Part shown: in pieces, positions 62,070 to 64,000 of the stretch
Layout of the letters: every line of letters begins with the position of its first letter
How positions within the stretch are numbered: the first letter of the stretch is position 1
Assembly (NCBI RefSeq): GCF_964188315.1
Contig: NC_135656.1
Coordinates: 3,472,001-3,536,000 of the forward strand
Origin: Podarcis muralis
Lineage: Eukaryota
Reading direction: 5' to 3'
DNA: 64,000 nt
The notes under the pieces: generated by a model
The model's database searches: none
The model's input: the letters and a program-made list of their open reading frames with translations, nothing else
Told to the model about the DNA's origin: nothing
Program-made: the position numbers and the translations under genes

Positions 62070-62723
62070 GCTTCAGGTTGTACCAATCATACCAGCAGAT
62101 AAACCACATTTTCTTCAGTTGATGGTATTTTTTTAGGGGGTAGAAAGGAGTGTGGCTTTGTTTGGGAGGTTTTTGTTAGGAAATCCTGACATCCAGTGGA
62201 TGGGGAACGCATGACAGCTGACGTTACACGCCCAACATCCACTTAAAAGCCATATGGTGCCTTGAAACGCTTCCCCCAAAAGGATTCTGGGAGCTGTAGT
62301 GCTGAGAGCCATTTGGAGACACACCCCCCTATTCCCCTCCCAGAACTACCATTCCCAGAGTTCCCTGGGAAGTTGTGGGCATCTCTTTTGAGAGGCAATG
62401 GAGTGCGCCTCCGGGGGTGAAATCAAAGCTTTTCAGCAGCCGCTAGAAGGAAAAACGAAGGAGACGCCTGCGAGAAGCCAAGTCACAGGGAACCAGGCAG
62501 AGGCCTTCTTGGTGGTGGCGCCTTCTTCATGGTGATCCACTACTGCTTTAAGGGAGGTCTTGGAATAAGTAGATTTGTTGCTGATCCAAAACACCCACCC
62601 ACCCCACTCACACATGAAAACAAAGACCACCACAGCCAACTACAAAGGAATAACCACACCCTAGGCCAACCCCAACCTCTCTCACCACCAAAGGAACACA
62701 AGCAAACACAAGCAAACAAAATC

Positions 62724-62763
<40 letters not shown>

Positions 62764-62902
62764 ATACTAGTCCTAAAAAAGAGGCCTCCTCACCTGAAGG
62801 ACCTCAAAGCCCACCTGAAGTCCCAAAACAAAACTATCAGATCCTGATCCATGGAGATCCATGCGTGTATGGAGTGATCTGCGTGGATCTGGATCTGATA
62901 GT

Positions 62903-63001
62903 TTAGTCTTTACGGTTGAAGGGAATCACATGTATAATCGTATGTTTGGGGACATCAGGTGGGCTTTGATGTCCTTCAGGTGACCTTTGGGGTGTATGGC
63001 T
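62903..63001 (-). pseudogene. Claudin 3'-end stub 3
   Basis: Same breakpoint as stubs 1 and 2. Confidence 0.9.
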
Positions 63002-63378
63002 GTGGCGTTTGCCTCCTAGGATGGGTCATAAGGAAAGGGTTAAAATGGGTGTGATGTGATTGGCCAGTGAGAATGCAAGGGGGGAGTAAAAGTTAGAGTG
63101 GGAGGTTTTGAAAGTCAGTTGAGGTTTGGGAGTTGGAGAAGGAAGAGGGAGAAATAGGCCGTGGGTTGGTCAAGTTGTATTGTGAGAGAGTGAGAGGAAT
63201 TGTTAGGTGGAGTCAGATAGATACCGGTAGTTGGAATAATCAGTTTGGAGTTGTTAGGAACTAAGATGAAGAAACTGACAAGAGAAAAATAAACTGAAAC
63301 CATACGCTTGTTCCTGCATTTAATAATAAACTTGATCATTTGTTAATGTTAACAACTGTCTGGACTCTGTGTGTCACA
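63001..63378 (+). mobile_element. Solo LTR, third copy
   Basis: Paralogous to 15380-15757. Confidence 0.7.
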
Positions 63379-63980
63379 GTGGTGGCCACATGTGGTGGGA
63401 GTGTGAAAAGATAAAAAAAAATTTGGGACTTAATATATAATGAATTGAAGAAGCTTTTTAAGTATACATTGCCGAAAAAACTGGGGGCTTTTTTATTAGG
63501 GATAATAGGGGAGGAAGTAAAAAAGGAGGATCATAAATTATTCCAATATGCTACAGCAGCAGCTAGGATCCTTGTAGCTCAAAAGTGGAAGTCACAGGAG
63601 ACCCCAACGGTTATGGAATGGCAGGCTAAATTTTTTGAATACACAGAATTAGCTAAAAAGACGTATAAAATCTGGGACCAAAAAGGGACAAAGTTTGAAG
63701 AAGAATGGGGTAAATTTGTGGCATACATAAGAATTAACTGTAGAAGTTTAAAAACTACAGCAGGGTAAACATAAATCCTGTGATGTGTATAGAAGTTAAT
63801 AAGAATCTGTAAGAGAAGATATATATTAAGAAAACCGCAGCTGGGAAGGAAGGAAGTCTGGGCGTGAATATACGCAGTGTAAATAAGATGACATAAAATG
63901 ATGACTGTAAAAGATTGTTTTATTTCGTTTGTGAAAAAACTCAATAAAAAGTATTTGCAAAAAAAGAAAAAGAAAGAAAG
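63379..63980 (+). mobile_element. L1 3' fragment, third copy
   Basis: ORF 63445..63768. Confidence 0.85.
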
Positions 63981-64000
63981 CAATCACAATGGTGGCACAG

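Larger units (their letters stand above)
8607..64000 (-). repeat. Tandem amplicon of a ~6.1 kb claudin-34-like gene unit, running past the window end
   Basis: Near-identical ORF sets recur with stop-to-stop spacings 10109, 10706, 7177, 6769 and 6122 bp. Differences are accounted for by discrete insertions and tail-repeat number. Confidence 0.95.

Overview
Vertebrate genomic DNA, most likely a lacertid lizard (inferred from the Sauria-SINE subfamily plus BovB, CR1, L1 and Penelope content). Bases 1-8600 are single-copy, TE-rich flank. From ~8607 to the window end lies a young tandem amplicon with a ~6.1 kb basic unit. It carries six intact minus-strand claudin-34-like genes whose acidic C-tail contains a 19-aa VNTR, plus three 3'-end stubs of the gene cut off by a solo LTR. 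Every copy and stub carries a ~194-bp inverted repeat straddling the stop codon, whose 3'-UTR arm is an antisense copy of the gene's own last codons. Units differ by nested insertions: a 3.9-kb solo-LTR/L1/Ngaro block, CR1, BovB, L1, and a 6646-bp class I ERV. The ERV has apparently identical LTRs, a tRNA-Glu PBS, deleted gag-pol and env, and an intact unknown 117-aa ORF between pol and env. No rRNA, tRNA gene or CRISPR array was seen. One N gap lies at 48090-48225. All alignments were made by eye and coordinates are hand-counted.
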